Below, in pieces: positions 26,748 through 40,869 of a stretch of DNA of 64,000 nucleotides (within the stretch, counting starts at the first letter, position 1; each line of letters starts with the position of its first letter). The notes below the pieces were generated by a model. That model was not told where the DNA came from, searched no databases, and saw only the letters and a program-made list of their open reading frames with translations. The stretch is from Geosiphon pyriformis uo1 (lineage: Eukaryota > Fungi > Glomeromycota), in assembly GCA_016748015.1 (NCBI GenBank), contig JAAOMT010000328.1, positions 763,960 to 827,959 on the forward strand. The letters run 5' to 3'. The position numbers and the translations under genes were made by a program.

Positions 26748-29700
26748 TCAGATGCCTAAAGTCTCATAATAGCCTGTATTCGCCTCATAGGTAGAAATAA
26801 CTTGGGCGTCTATACGCTTGTCATCTAAAATAGGATAAGATAGTGAGCATAAGTCAGAATAAAATGTATCAATAGAAAAAAAATCTACAAACCACATATT
26901 TCGAAATAGCCCGGTTCGGAGAATGCAGTAACTTTAGGAGGCTTTAGAATACGAAGGCGAGAGATAGCATTTCTCTTAATCAATTCTTCTAAACAATCAT
27001 CGATTTCGCAACTCGACATGACTAATCGCAGTTTACGATGAATGTTCGACTGCGGTTTAAAAAACTTCAGTCATTAATATACAAATTATTAATGCAGATA
27101 TCTCATCCAAAAAACTTGCATTTACCTGATAGATGCCAGGTTTTTGCAAGACAGTCCCCAACACAGCTTCAAGGCACGCGTGAAAAACAGCATCAATAAA
27201 TTCACCATTAATATCATACCACATGCGTGGAGGCGCGAATAGTTTACTCATATTAACAGAATTCGATTGATATTCCGTGATCTGCTCGAAATTTTGTGGA
27301 GCTTCCCTTTGAGGCTTTTGCACTGTGCTGGGTTTGTAAACATTAGGACTTATCTTGACAAGCCAATAGTACCCATAAAAGCTACAAACATAGCGTGGGG
27401 AGTTGTATCCAACTTTTACGATTAATTTTGGCTCATTAGATTCTAAAATGGTTACATATCGAGTCAATAATGAATCATCGATATCGAATGAATTTTCTTT
27501 TAAAGAGGCCTATAAAGAAAATAATATTAAGATATGTATTTACTAAAGCTTTGCCATTAAATTTGGATATAAGATAGTCACCTTCAATGAAATTAAACTG
27601 ACGCCCAATTTCCCAGAGTTTAATATTATTTTATAAACTATCTTGATACCTGCTTTACTTTTCGAATCTTGCGATGCGAATAGTTCAAGAAGCACTTTTC
27701 TAGTATCTTTTTCATCGAGAAAGTCGGAGGTATTGAGATTTATACGTTTTGAGCCTCGACCTGGAAGCTCCTGAACTTTTATTTTTTTTGATGCGACAGG
27801 ATTATTTTTATTATCGGCTTGAATTTCTTCACTTATTTCTGGCCGTGCTTTTTTGGGATGCTTTGAGTAATGATCGTCATTAACATCATTATCCGTAGAC
27901 CGCGAAGCAAATACCGGGAAATCCATTTTGGGCTTTAGTATGACCGTGAAATTCAAGGTCGCAAGATCTGGGAAATAAAATAAATAAATAAATTTATACA
28001 ACTGGTATTAGTGAAATGGCCTAAATCGGAGATGAAAAAAATTTCAGTCAAGTTTAGCTCACCAACATTACGACTTTTGTGGTTTGGTATAGAGGTTTGT
28101 TTGATCACAGGAGGTAATGAGGTTTCACATAATGTAAGCTTTAATAGCAAAATTAATTTAACATGATGATATATTACCCAACTATTTCAAAGCTTCATAG
28201 AATACCTTTTTTTGAACCAACAAATCTAGTATACAAGCCATGGTTCCACTATCAGCAAATTCCGAAAATTCATGCTCCTGCTTAGTCCGTTCTAGGTAAG
28301 CGGCGGCTTGCTTAAATAAACCATCAGGTAGGGTTCCACATAGGATCTTACGAAATCTAAGCAAAAATGAAGTTCATCAGTAATGGCAAGATAATGATAT
28401 TGATATTGAAGAAGGGAAAATATATACAAATTTATGAACTTACTTGTTAGAAAAATAATATCCCCGTCCAGGAATTCTCCTATCTTGGCCCCTCTTAACC
28501 TTAACCATGGCACCCGTTTCGTTAACTTTTTCCAATGTTCGGTTGACAATTTTATCAGAATAATGATTATTGAGAATAAAATAAGCATGTGAGGTGACAT
28601 ATTGATCATCGGGAGTCATGAGTATCATCTGGTTTCGAAGTGAGAAAAGACCATTAGAGGATTTAGAAAATAAAATTCGAGAATTGATAAGAATTAATTT
28701 ACCTTAAATAAGGCCTGTAGCAATTCAGATTGATTATTTTGTCGTTTCCCAATTTGAGGAAAATCATTTTCGGTATAGTTGAGACGACATGTAAAGGCAT
28801 GCGCGTATAGTAACCTCATTTTAGCACGAAGTGAAAGTCCTACAAGTTTATCTTCGAAAAATAAGGGTTTCTTCAGAATTTCAGGCGAACGGGTCACCTC
28901 AAATAGTTTATCAAAATCTCCGATATCAAGTGGAAGAGAAAAAGTTTTGATGGGATCAGGGATGCTATTTTCGAATAATACCCAAGATATGAAAATTTTA
29001 ATATTCATGATGCTTGTATAAAATAAATGCTCAAAAGTTTAGTACTCACTTTGGTCTGTTTGACATATAATTCATAAAATATTGAATGTGTCCAGGGAGA
29101 TCAAAATCAATCATGTCGCTTTCATCGTCATCAATTATCTCGCCTTTGCTTAAAGCTTCCGGATAAATCTTTTCCCAGTGTGCAAGAAGATTGTTGAAAC
29201 GCTCTTGTTTCATCGGATTATTGAACAATACATTGATACGACGACGACACATTTCGTTGGTTCGAGATGGTAAAACTTTTGTAGCAGCAGCCCAAAGGAA
29301 GCGTCGCGCTTTTTGTGAGCGATGTCGCAAGATCGCGTAAGCGTGGATAATAAGTTCATCTTCTTCTAAAGTCCAATTAGGACGTTTTCGAAGAGTGGTC
29401 GTTTCATATTGAGTCTGGATAAGATCTTTGATGTAAATAACAAAGCTAGCGTAAGCAAAAGGAATACTTTGAAAATTTCGCAATTAACATTAAAGATTCA
29501 CAAGGGTTTACCCTCGTCAGTTATGATGGGTAAATTTTCTTCTTGGGCAACAACTGGGATCTCATCAACTTTTTGAGCGTTAGTTGGTACACTCTTAGCG
29601 CCATATGAATTTCTAACATTTCGCTTCTTTTTTAATACCAAGATTCCGTCTTTAGAAGCTAGAATACCGTGAGATTTGGCAGTAACCCTGATTCGCGATT

Positions 29701-32700
29701 CTTTTTCTCGGCGAGTTTTCTTGGCTAATTTGTCCTGATATTTTTTTTCGTAGGCATCAAGCACCCTTTTAAAGTAAGCCTTAACCCTTTGGAAAGGTAT
29801 CCCAACCTCTTGAGCAATCTGCCGACAATGAAGGTCGTCTCCATATGGTGTTTGACCATTTTTACGGTTAACATAAGATTCAAGAATTTTTTTCTTCAGA
29901 GATGTGAGAGGATAAGTTGGTAGCCAATTTCTGGGATTATTAATATTGCGAAGAGGATCAGACTCATCTCTTTGTGAAGCCGAGGAATTGATCTTAGGCT
30001 TCGGATCCCCATCTGTAGGATTAGAAGAATCTGATGTTAATTCTGCTTGATCTCCTTCGTTATTCGAATGATTAGCTTTGGGAAAGAGCCTCGCTTCATC
30101 TGAAGCTTTTTGTAGAGATATATATTGTAATTCATGCCAATAACGCTCCACATCTTCTCGAGTATCAAGAAAGCATTCACGAATTAACGACTTAGTGGAG
30201 CCGGGAACAGAATAGTCAACTATTCGAACATGATTTAATAATTGATATGCCGGGGAAAGTCCAGATGATTTGGAAATTGAGAGCTCTGAGGAACTTCCCA
30301 TCTGATCATCGATATCAAAGCATTCATTCCCATATTTGTCAAAATTCCGGGCTATTGGTCGAAGGATCTTCAAGGCCACAAGGATATCAATCAACCGTTT
30401 AATGTTTTGACGTAGCTTTGAGTTCCCAGGAAAGATTCCACAAGAGCGAAGTTCGATCGGCAAATCAAAAACGTTCAAAGTCATATCTTGTCCAGAATTT
30501 ATATAATCACTAAGATTTTGGTTAGCCATTGTCAAACCAATTAGCTTGAGGTATAGATCCAAAGATAACCCGCTAAGTAGCATAACCGTTTGAAAAATTT
30601 TCTTCTTCGGAATAATCCATTTATCGTCGTAAGATGCCTTCTGAATTTTTTGTATTATAAACTCATGCAAAAGTTTCGCTCGAATCATCTTGGCATTAAT
30701 ATAGCCATAATCTTGTGCAGTATCAAGCCACCACATCTCATTATCACGATCGGTATTTTTAGAGTTAATATCCATTGAGCACGAGGCATCATCATCAACA
30801 GCATAATCAATAAGAGGATCAACTGTAGCGCCAGAATCTGGCCGTGATTCTTTGTTGGTTTGGGATGCTACACGTTTTTTCATTTCTTGAAGTGACTCCA
30901 ATTCAACGTTCGTTTGATCAATTGTAATTGTCTTATAAGTCCCACCGTTAAGAATAGCTTTATCTCTCATTTTAGCTACATACTCTCCCGTCTCTCGACT
31001 ACTCTCTGTTAAGCTCTTATGCAAAAAGAGAATTCTTGTGTTGCAATTTCCTTTTAAAGTTTGAAGCTCAGGCTTATACATTTTGAGTTTTTGGTCTTTT
31101 TGCATGTTTTCAGCAATTCGTGCTAAAGTTTTCTTGTCAATAGTATATCGAGACAATTTTTGAAGAGTTTGGTCTTCTCTCATCTTTACTTCGTTGACAA
31201 GATCATTATTGCACTCAAGAATTTTCCGCTCTTCTAAAAGTTGAAGTAAGATTTTCCCGCGAATTACACTATTGAAGGAAGGCTGCAATTTAGACACCTG
31301 CTTGTTTAATCGTTTGGCAGAAACTTTTCCAGGAACATCGTTAAGGTTTTCATGATGGCAATTGTTAGAGCTTGACAGCAATATTTCTGTTGGTTCCTGA
31401 TTAGATTCGATAGCATGAGAAATTCCTTGTTCTGAACTTTGTACTTTGGCAAACCTCACTCTTTTAGAAGGATGATAATCACTGTTTGTGTCAGTAGCTG
31501 TAACGCATAGATTCTGTTCAAAAGAATCATTGTCTCTTTCGAAACTTAATCGTGCTACACCATTATCTGTATTCATTTGACTGAGCTTGTGAACTTCAGA
31601 CGTACTAATTGGTCGGCTGCGTTTAGCGGGTAATACGGGTTGGATGGATGGTACTTGACGAGCAGGTCGGAATGAATTTGTCTCCTCTTCTCCCGAGTTC
31701 TTTGGTACATCTTTTGGTTCCGTTTGCATTTCTTTAGAATTAGAGGCTATGAGATCATTGGGTAAAATCTGTTCAACCGCGTCCTTAGAACTACCGATCA
31801 TGGGACATTCTACTTTTTGTTTTTTGGACGGTCGTTCTTTTTGACTATTCTTAAGAGGACGTCCCCTTTTCTTTGGAATTGGAACACTCTCATTAAGGCT
31901 AGAAGGTGTTTCTCGAGTATTTTGATCAAGATCCACCGAATCGACATTTTTTTCAATCGTGCTAAATGTTTTTTTAACTGAAGATTCCACAATACTTGAG
32001 TTTTTAAGGTTTTTGTGAGGAGTTCCTCTTTTTTCAGTAACCTTGGGAACAATCGAATAGTGAACTTTTGGATATATTGACTATTATACATAAAATAAAT
32101 AAATTTCTCCATCTTTTGGATATTACCTTCTTCCTTCTAGGAACGAGGTAATCTTCATTTTTATTCTCCTGTCCCTTTTCCAATAGAGTTAACACAGTTG
32201 CAAGGGGATCGACCCCCTCTTGATTTGAGCCCTCCAAATCTTTTGCTTCCTGAGAATCAGGTTCAATCAAGCCATGTTTTATGGCGAAATTCTTGTACGC
32301 CTGATATGAAAAATAACGATAATGTCGTTCGCGCCCTTGAAATTCCGAAATACGTTTTACGGCGAAGTGCGATAGAGCTTTGTGTGTCGGTTTGGAAAGT
32401 CGATTAAGAATTTTATACAAAATCCGACCATTTATTCTATTAAGAGCACGATGAAGTTGCTAATAATAAATGTATACTTAATAAGGAATCGCAGAAAAAG
32501 AAAAATAGATTTCAGAAATTTACCGCTGGAATTATCCCTTTGTCACCGGAGGCCTCTATCATATGGTAGATTTGATACTCAAGCGGGATATTTGATAAAA
32601 GCCCTTTGGGACGTTTTCGCGAAGGTTGAGCAGAATCAGGGGGTTTTTCTGAAGCAAGAGGTATAGTTGACGATAGTTTTTCTGTTATGGGTGAGATTTT

Positions 32701-34340
32701 GGGACACGATTTCTTTGAATTTAAGATGGTTTCAGATGATTTTTCTGATAAAGGTGGCATATTTGTCATTGGTTTCTTTAATTTTCGTAATGATCGTAAT
32801 TTCTGTTTTGCTTTTTTAAACATGATTGAGCGATAAAGATTGAATTTTTTGCGAGACTTAAATGCAACTTTGGCGAAAAACTATTTCATGTACCTTTTAT
32901 TAATCCCTCTTTTTTCTTGGTTTTTTCATACAACTTCACCAACTTCACACATCGATCAACGCTTTTGCTTCCTTTTTGTGTCACATTCACCTTTTCAATA
33001 TAACCTTTGCGCTGTAAGCTGCCTATGGTACGATTGAACCACCGTCGTTTTTTAGGACAAGGATTAGACATCCCCTGTTCGTATCATGACATTAGCATTA
33101 AGGGTTGATTGTATATTTGGTTATATAGAGAATTTTTAAGAATAAAAAATCATAAACATCATAGTCATCAGATTGGAAAAACAACAAACCAATGCTTTCA
33201 TCAAATCAGTAGCTAGCATTATTTGATTTTTTGCTTGAGCTAATATTTGAGTCATTCGCATTCTAATCAAGTCCGAATTAAATGAAACCCCATCATTTGA
33301 CTGATTTGTACTTTTATCACTAGAATTTTGACTATCCTTAGGTAAATAAACGGTTTTTCCTGTGTAAGCTTCATTATCCTCTGCACATCTTGCCAGGATA
33401 CAAAGATTTGTATATGTCCCTTGAGTTACAACTGGCATTTTTACGCTGAGAGAAGAACTCGAACTTAGTTTTGAATTCTATTTTGCTAGAAACAAAATAG
33501 GATTCCCTTTAAAAAGAACATACATCAATTTATAATCAAGGAGGGTCTTAAGGTAGTGATACACTGATCGTGGGTCAATTTCAAATATCTTTGCAAGCTC
33601 ATTTTGGGTAGCACCTAGGGCTCGGCGTCGACCTATGAGTTGTAAGATCTCGTAGACTATAGGTGTAAGACGTCGGGAAGTCTATTTGAGGGATTTATAT
33701 TGAAGGATGTGAGTCTAGAGAACTTTCAATAAAAAGAAATATAATCAAAGTCTTACATCTTGTCCTGAGAACAAGGCATCTCTGCGAAGCTTAGGCTTAG
33801 CAATCATCACGAAAGAATCCCCATACTTGGATATTAGTTGTTGTAATGACATGCTTTTAACATCGACGATATTAAGAAGTTCAGGGATCGGCTTAATAAA
33901 AAATAAATATTGATTCAAGTCGATAACTTATTCTTAGATAGAAAGGATCACACGATATATACCTCCTTCCCTGGACCCCTTTTAATTTGTGCTGGAGTAT
34001 TTTCGAGAGGTTCAGTGGAATTCCCGTTTTGAGGGAGTTTTCCAAAGTCTATATCAACACAGTGGACAAAAAATTTCCAGAAGTATTGCTTGAAGGCATC
34101 GTCTGGTTCCTTCAGTGAATTCGCACCTTGTCTTTCAGTAATCGAAGTAGTGCCAACTGATTTCTTTAGGGATCTTAAAAAGCCGATTATGTATTTCCAA
34201 AGTCGAGAAAAGTTGGCCCCTTTCAAGTAAAAAGAAATTATTTCCACCATTGAATAACAGCAACCATTTGCTTTAAACTTACCTTGCTCTCCGTCCAAAG
34301 CGATTTCCTCTACACAATATGGTATTAGTTCGTCGAGCAT
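26748..34340 (-). CDS. RNA polymerase III transcription factor TFIIIC large (B-block binding) subunit, Tfc3/Sfc3/GTF3C1-like
   Basis: N-terminus MLDELIPYCVEEIALDGEQG; B-block winged helix YEILQLIGRRRALGATQNELAKIFEIDPRS..; PLEYQIYHMIEASGDKG; IDKKTL; MIRAKLLHEF; C-terminal LEAVLGTVLQKPGIYQ. Confidence 0.88.
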
Positions 34341-34912
34341 TTTGATTTTTGAACAAGATAAAGAATGATATGCAAGTTGGTTATTCTCAGATGTCGGTTT
34401 TTTGAATTGATAACTAATAGTTGAAAAAATCTGGTATTTCATCTATACAATCACATGATCTAATGAATTGCTGTATTTGTTTTAATTAACTAATTTAAAT
34501 TGATTTCGTAATTCAATTTGGTATTTTACTATTAATATTATAAAACACAAAATATAAAATCAAAATACCATCAAAGATGGTTGGAATTAGTCATAAAGGA
34601 GATATTTGATTGAATTGCTTTTTCTCTCTAGTTCTTAATTTTATTCTACCTCAGATTTTATAATAAGCTTCGAAGTCACGGAGTTTTTCAACTAGTCTTT
34701 CGTTTTCATAACTACCTTTAAGTTCATTATCTTTGATTATTCTACCGCCTTCAAAACCTTTGCAATTTATATTTGGGAACAAATTAACTACAAATTCCGA
34801 GTCAAGACTATGATTTTGCCCTAGCATAAGCTATAGGCAGATAACGCAGATCGCCAATTCAAATTATATCTATTTGTGAGACAGCTAAAATGAACCCTGG
34901 AAAATTTTGGAA

Positions 34913-35715
34913 ATGACCAGTGTAAATCCAAATCCAAATTATGCCGGCTTTCTAACGTTTTCGTTTTGCTCAGGAACTTTTGCCGCGCTCGCTTCAGTGT
35001 TTGCAAAGCTATTGACAGATCCAAAAACTGTTTTACTCGGGGAATATTTATGTAAAATATTCGATGAGGTTAGTTTAGTTTTTGTCGGGTGTAAAGTGAA
35101 CCCGGTGGTAAAAAATTTAGGTAAAGAGGAAGAAACGAAACAAAACGGAGGTGGCAATGAACTGACGGTACGTAGGTTAACCAGGGTTTTTGGCCAACCT
35201 TTCTGGACTACATAATATCATAAACAATGAATTCTTTTTCTGTTCTCTTTTGATGTTTTCTACTAGATAATGTACGTGATTCGGATTTGCTGTTTCGCCT
35301 CAGTATTCATATGCAATGCATTAATGTGGACCTTGTTCACCAAAGCCTTAAATAGATCTACGTCATCGATTCAAGTCACTGTGTTTAACAGCGCGACAAA
35401 TTTTTGCATGACGGTAATACAAAATTCAGAACGAATATTTATGTTCAGTGATTTTTGGCTAATTACCGGTGAAACGTGTATTTCGATTATCATACCAAAG
35501 AAGACAAAAAAGCAAGTTGACATTGAAATTTTTTCAATTTTTAGGCGATTTTTGGAAGCTTGTTGTTTGGAGAGACTTTAAACCTTCAATGGTGGTTGGG
35601 TGCTAGCTTGATAATCTCTGGAACTGTGCTGGTTAATTATGGAACTGGTGGTGGGTCAAACGAGCGGGTCAGCGATTCAGATCTTGGCCGCGATTTTAAG
35701 GAAAAGTCCCAGTGA
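34913..35715 (+). CDS. TMEM42-like EamA/DMT-family membrane protein, 2 introns
   Basis: SGTFAALASVFAKL..CNALMWTLFTKAL..STSSIQVTVFNSATNFCMTAIFGSLLFGETLNLQWWLGASLIISG matches the TMEM42 pattern. Confidence 0.85.
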
Positions 35716-35943
35716 CGCTGATTCGAATAAACAACTGTTTTTAATTAAACGCAGAACCGCAAAGATGTTTGGAAAAGGCTATGCGATACTCCATTGAGAA
35801 TTCCATTCAATTTTAGAATATTTGAAGTTGATATCTAAATGCAAGACAAATAAAATTTCTTGGGCCGGATACTGATAGAAGAAACATTGTTGATCAGTCT
35901 CCCCAGTTTCAAGAGGATATCATCCTCAATTTATTGTATTAAA

Positions 35944-38088
35944 TTATTCAATTTGGTTTTTTAAAAGAATTTCTCGAGCTGAATCACGCCGTCGTTTAGA
36001 CACCAAATAAAAGAACTTCGATTTACATGCTTTTGGCGTCCTATCGACCATGTACATTGCAATTGAATCCCAGTCTTTTATTTGCCTACGAAGAGTTATC
36101 ATTTGGTTGATTTCTTCCGTTGTCCAAAATCGAAGGTTTCGAGTAGGAACTAGTTTTTTAATAGGCCCATTTCTCCTAAATTTAATTTTGATTGCCGTCA
36201 TCGACCGGTTTGGGAGTATTTTTGCTAATGTAGCCCAATCTTTCCCGTGTTTTAAAAGAAATTCCTTCATCAACTCGATTTCCTCGTTTTCCCATCTCGA
36301 TCTATTATACTTTCGCCGAGGATGAGGAGATGTCTTTTCTGGTTCCGGATTGACTCTTGTTTTGTAGATGTCATAGAATTCCGGGAAAAAACCTGGATTG
36401 TTTTCTATATATGCCTGAACAACTGCGGGAATTCTTCCAATTTCTCTTGCTATGTTTTCCCACTCAATTCCATCTCTTTTCATGATCTTATTTACCTTTT
36501 GTATTTCCTCAGTTGACCATTTTTCCCGTATATATTCTCCAAATATTTTTTTTCCAAAAAGATTCAGGAACTTTTTCGCACAAGATTTTGCAGTTCTCGA
36601 GGTCAAATAATCAGCAATTAAATTCCATTGGAAACCATATTTTTCTACCAATCTCCACAATATAAATCTTTCTGTTCGAGTCCATTCTCCACATTGGGCG
36701 AGAGTATCTTTTGAAATCATATGGGATAAATATCTCAAATGACACTCACTTGGTGTTCGTTCAGGCAGCTCTTCAGTTACCTTTTTCCATTCGAATCCAT
36801 GTTCTTTGACAAGAGCAATTAATTTATCAAGTTCACTTTGAGACCAATAACTCGGGTTTTCCTGTGTAATAGGCGATTTATTTGTGATCAGCTCTTCCTC
36901 TTCCGCCGTTGGCGTATTAATGCCCAATATAAAATCTCGTATTTGAGTATAATGTCTCCATTTCATATGCGACTCTATCATTTTCCATCGATCCCCATAC
37001 ATTTCGAAAAAATGTTGGACAGATTGCTTTTCTTTTTGAGTCCAAAACATATATTGGTCTCTTTTAAATTCTCTTGCTGAGCGCTTCCGATTTAACCAAC
37101 CAAAGGGATGCCATGTTTTTCCGAAACCCGTACCTTCTTTTAACGCATTAAAGTTAATATCTTTGTAAAAATCTAAAATTAAGTGATCCAGCAAATATTT
37201 GCAACCTATTGGTGTTCTGTTGTGTAAATATGACGCGATTTTGTGTGCATCAAAACCGACAATCTTGACAAGTTTGTGAAATAAATCAATCTCAATATTG
37301 GACCATCTTAATTTGGTTTTCCAAAAAAATTTTGAATTTTTGGAACGAGTTGAAGGTAATATGTGATAATTTGCAAACAAGAATTGCGAAACTGAAGTAG
37401 GTGTTCTGTCAGATATATGGTTTGCAATCAAGTGAGGCTGATTTCCATAATTTTCAACCAGATAATCAAGCATTTTGATCTCTTGGTTAGACCATCTTTT
37501 CCACTTTCGTCCATCGAGATTAACTTCTGGAAACATATTAGGTGAATGCTGCACCTTATAAGCTAGTAAATGTGCTGGTCTAGTGCCCAAAGTCTTTTCA
37601 ATTTTAACCCATCTAGCTCCACAGTTCTTTATACTCTCATTCAAGATCCGAACTTCTTGTATTGTCCATGGTTTTCCATATTGACTATAAGTTTTTTGTA
37701 GATCAAGCTTTGGATCAACTTGATTGAGAAATTTTTGCCTACATTCAAAGGGTGTTCTATTACCCAATTGTGATGATATACGAATCCAATCTTCTCCATG
37801 AACTTTCACAAGATAGTCCAAGAGACCACTTTCCATGCTCGCCCAAGGACCAGGGCTTTTGCGATGTTTCCTCTTGGATTTCAGGTCTTCAACAGCTAAC
37901 TCAAGCTGTTTATCGGCCTCTAACTTTGAAGTAGAAGGGCCTAAAGGAGGTATTTCCTGTTGTTGGTGACTACTTTTGGAAAAAAGACGCTTGGATAGAG
38001 TTTGCAACAAAATTCTCTGAAATTCTTGGTGGCAACGACAAAGCATTTTAGAGTCACCGAATTTTCGTCGATAAGTTCTGCAAAGCAT
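35944..38088 (-). CDS. Intronless protein with ten Myb/SANT-like repeats and a putative mitochondrial presequence
   Basis: 714-codon open frame; ten units of W(T/S)xxE..L...V..(H/Y)G..W..I.....RT...C; Arg/Ser/Leu-rich N-terminus ending KRLFSKSS. Confidence 0.85.
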   Translation of the reverse strand: MLCRTYRRKFGDSKMLCRCHQEFQRILLQTLSKRLFSKSSHQQQEIPPLGPSTSKLEADKQLELAVEDLKSKRKHRKSPGPWASMESGLLDYLVKVHGEDWIRISSQLGNRTPFECRQKFLNQVDPKLDLQKTYSQYGKPWTIQEVRILNESIKNCGARWVKIEKTLGTRPAHLLAYKVQHSPNMFPEVNLDGRKWKRWSNQEIKMLDYLVENYGNQPHLIANHISDRTPTSVSQFLFANYHILPSTRSKNSKFFWKTKLRWSNIEIDLFHKLVKIVGFDAHKIASYLHNRTPIGCKYLLDHLILDFYKDINFNALKEGTGFGKTWHPFGWLNRKRSAREFKRDQYMFWTQKEKQSVQHFFEMYGDRWKMIESHMKWRHYTQIRDFILGINTPTAEEEELITNKSPITQENPSYWSQSELDKLIALVKEHGFEWKKVTEELPERTPSECHLRYLSHMISKDTLAQCGEWTRTERFILWRLVEKYGFQWNLIADYLTSRTAKSCAKKFLNLFGKKIFGEYIREKWSTEEIQKVNKIMKRDGIEWENIAREIGRIPAVVQAYIENNPGFFPEFYDIYKTRVNPEPEKTSPHPRRKYNRSRWENEEIELMKEFLLKHGKDWATLAKILPNRSMTAIKIKFRRNGPIKKLVPTRNLRFWTTEEINQMITLRRQIKDWDSIAMYMVDRTPKACKSKFFYLVSKRRRDSAREILLKNQIE

Positions 38089-39799
38089 CAGAATATACGA
38101 TGCAGAAGAGTGTCTCTTGTTAAAAGTTATAAAAACAAATGTCGCTACATGAAAGGATAATAGGCGAGCCTGATAAAATTTTTGTGATCTGTTGTGGAAA
38201 AATTAACAAAAAAAGTTTATTTTAAGCACGATTTTCAAAAATCAAAATTTCCAATCATGTGATTATAACAATTAACCTAAAAATACGTAAAAGTAGGAAC
38301 TAGAATCTTTGGCCAAAATATTTTTTTAAAGTAAGGTATTTTGTTCAATTCTTTACTTTTTGTTTTGCTAATTATATATTGAAGAATTATTAGATTATAA
38401 TTATAAATAAAGCATAATATATGTTGAAAAACTTTTTGAATATTTTTTAAATATTATTAATATATAAAAAACCATAAAAAAAATTAATAACTATAATTTT
38501 ATTTGAAATATATTAATAATTTGAAAATAAAATAAAAATGTTTTAAATTTTTGTAATTTTATTAATAATATCAAAAAATCTCAAAAATAAAATACTATTT
38601 ATATTTATTAATTTAAATAAATTTTAATAATTAATACTTATTCTACTTTATTTTTTATTAATTGAATTAATTTTCTTTTTGCATTTTAATACTAAAAATT
38701 AGCATTTTTTAAATTTTTAATTAATCATAATTTAAAAACAAAAAATTGAATATAATTATGCAAATTTTTTTTAATAATTGTTAAATATATTTAAGAAATT
38801 AAAACAATAATATTTTTTAAAGAATTTTAAAAATTGTAATTATTAATATATTTTTTGTGTTATAATTAATTTAATATACAATAATTAAATTGTATTTTTT
38901 TTACCATATTAATTTACAAAAATTTTTGTAAAAAGTTTTAAATTGATTTAATCTAAAAAAAATAATAAAACTTTTTTTTTGTATTTTTATGATTACAACC
39001 AAAATAAAAAGTAAAAAGTTGCAATTTCTTTATTTTTGAAGTATTTGGTAATATTTTTATTAATAAAATATTTACAACTTTTAAAACTGTTTAATAATAT
39101 TTTATAAAAGCACTTTTTTTAATAAAGTAATAATAAATTGGTTTTTTACTAATTTTAAAACATTATTTTTGTTTTTGGTTAAAAGTTTTTTCTTTTTTAA
39201 AGTTTTTTAAAAAAAATCATTTAAAATAGTCTTTGTTTTCTTTAAAAGTTTTAAAGTTTTTAATAAAAAATTAATAACTAAATTTTTTTACTATTTTTTT
39301 TACAGTTATTTAAATTATTAAAAAAGCCAAATTGGCCAAAAAACAATTTTTTTAAATTTTTGTTATATTAAATAACAATTTTTTTGAAGTGCTAAAAAGT
39401 TTTTTTCTAATTTTTTAATATTAGTTTTAATGTTTTAAAGCCAGTTTTTTTTTAATAAAAAATAAAGCTTTTGTTTTTTTTGGCTTTTTTATTGGTTTTA
39501 TATTATTTGTATTGATTATAATGCTTGGTTTTATTATAAGTATAAATAAAAATATTTTTTATTTATATTTATAATAAAATATATTAATTAATTTAAATTT
39601 AAATTAATTTTTAATTATATTACTTAATATATTAGTTTTAAAAACAAAATAATTTATATTTTTATATGTGTTTTTAATTTATTAATTTATTAATTAAATA
39701 GAAATTTAAATTATTTTTTTTGTTTTTTAGTAATATTATTTTTAATAGTACTTAAAAAACAATTATTAATTATTAAGAATTTTTTAAATAAATAAATTT

Positions 39800-40150
39800 T
39801 ATTTTAATGTTTTTTTTTAAAATTAATTTGATTTATGTTAAATTTGCTTTTTAGTTTATATATGATTTTATTACTGTAAAATCAGTTTTAAAAAACAATA
39901 TAAAACTGTTTTGTATAAAGTTTGTCTTTTAAGTTTCTTTAAATACTATTATTTAAATTAAACTTGTTAATTTTGTTTCTTTTTCTATTTTTAAAATTGC
40001 TAAATTTTTGTTATTGTTTTACAAAATATATTTAAGAGTATTTTTGTTATTAATCTTAAAAATATTTTTAACATTTTTGGTAAAATGTTTTAAATTTTAT
40101 TAAATTTTATTAATATTTAATAATATTTTATTGTTTATTTTAAATAATAC
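39800..40150 (+). mobile_element. AT-converted ghost of the ORF1-type sequence seen at 61.1-63.3 kb
   Basis: Aligns to the reverse complement of ~62160-62520 mostly by C->T/G->A, e.g. gtttcaaaagacaatgtgaagcttttctgtatggagtttg -> gttttaaaaaacaatataaaactgttttgtataaagtttg and tgctggcatttggcagtat -> tattaatatttaataatat. Confidence 0.8.
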
Positions 40151-40869
40151 TAATAATTGTTTATTAATATGTAATATTTGCTTAAAATATTAATTTTTAT
40201 AATTATAATATTTAGGTTTTTATAAGAACTAAAAATAACAATTCTATATTTTAATTATTTAAAATAAAAAATAAAAAAAATTTAATTACAAATTTAAAAA
40301 ACTAATTTGTTAAAACTATATAACTAAAAAACTTATTATAAAAAACAATAATTTTTTTAATTAATAAATAAAAATCTTAATATTGTTTTTAATTACCAAA
40401 ATTAATTAACAAATATAAACAGTTATAATTATATTAAAAAATTTAAAATAAACAATAATATATTATTAAATATTAACAAATTTTAATATAACTTAAAAAA
40501 AAAATTGATTACAAAAAATTGCAATTAACATATAATAATATATAATAATACACAATAATACATAATAATAATATTATTATTAAATAATATAAAATAACAT
40601 AAATAATAAATTATAGTTAATAATAAAATTACAAATTAATAAGCTTTTAAAAATTATTTTATAAAACAAAAAATATGTTAATAAATAAATAATTTTAGCT
40701 TAAAAAAAATTTAAAATTAAAATCTATTTTTTTATATATTTATTAATATTAATTAATTTATATATAATTTTTTACAAAAATTTTGTTTTTAAAAATTGGT
40801 TTTAATAATTTTTGTCAGTTTTAAAAAAGAGTATTAATTTTGCATATAGTTTAATTATTAAATATTATA

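Noticed and set aside
1-38100. Possible functional cluster of transcription genes (TAF9, CTR9, TFIIIC)
   Set aside because: Interspersed with unrelated housekeeping genes; no evidence of co-regulation.
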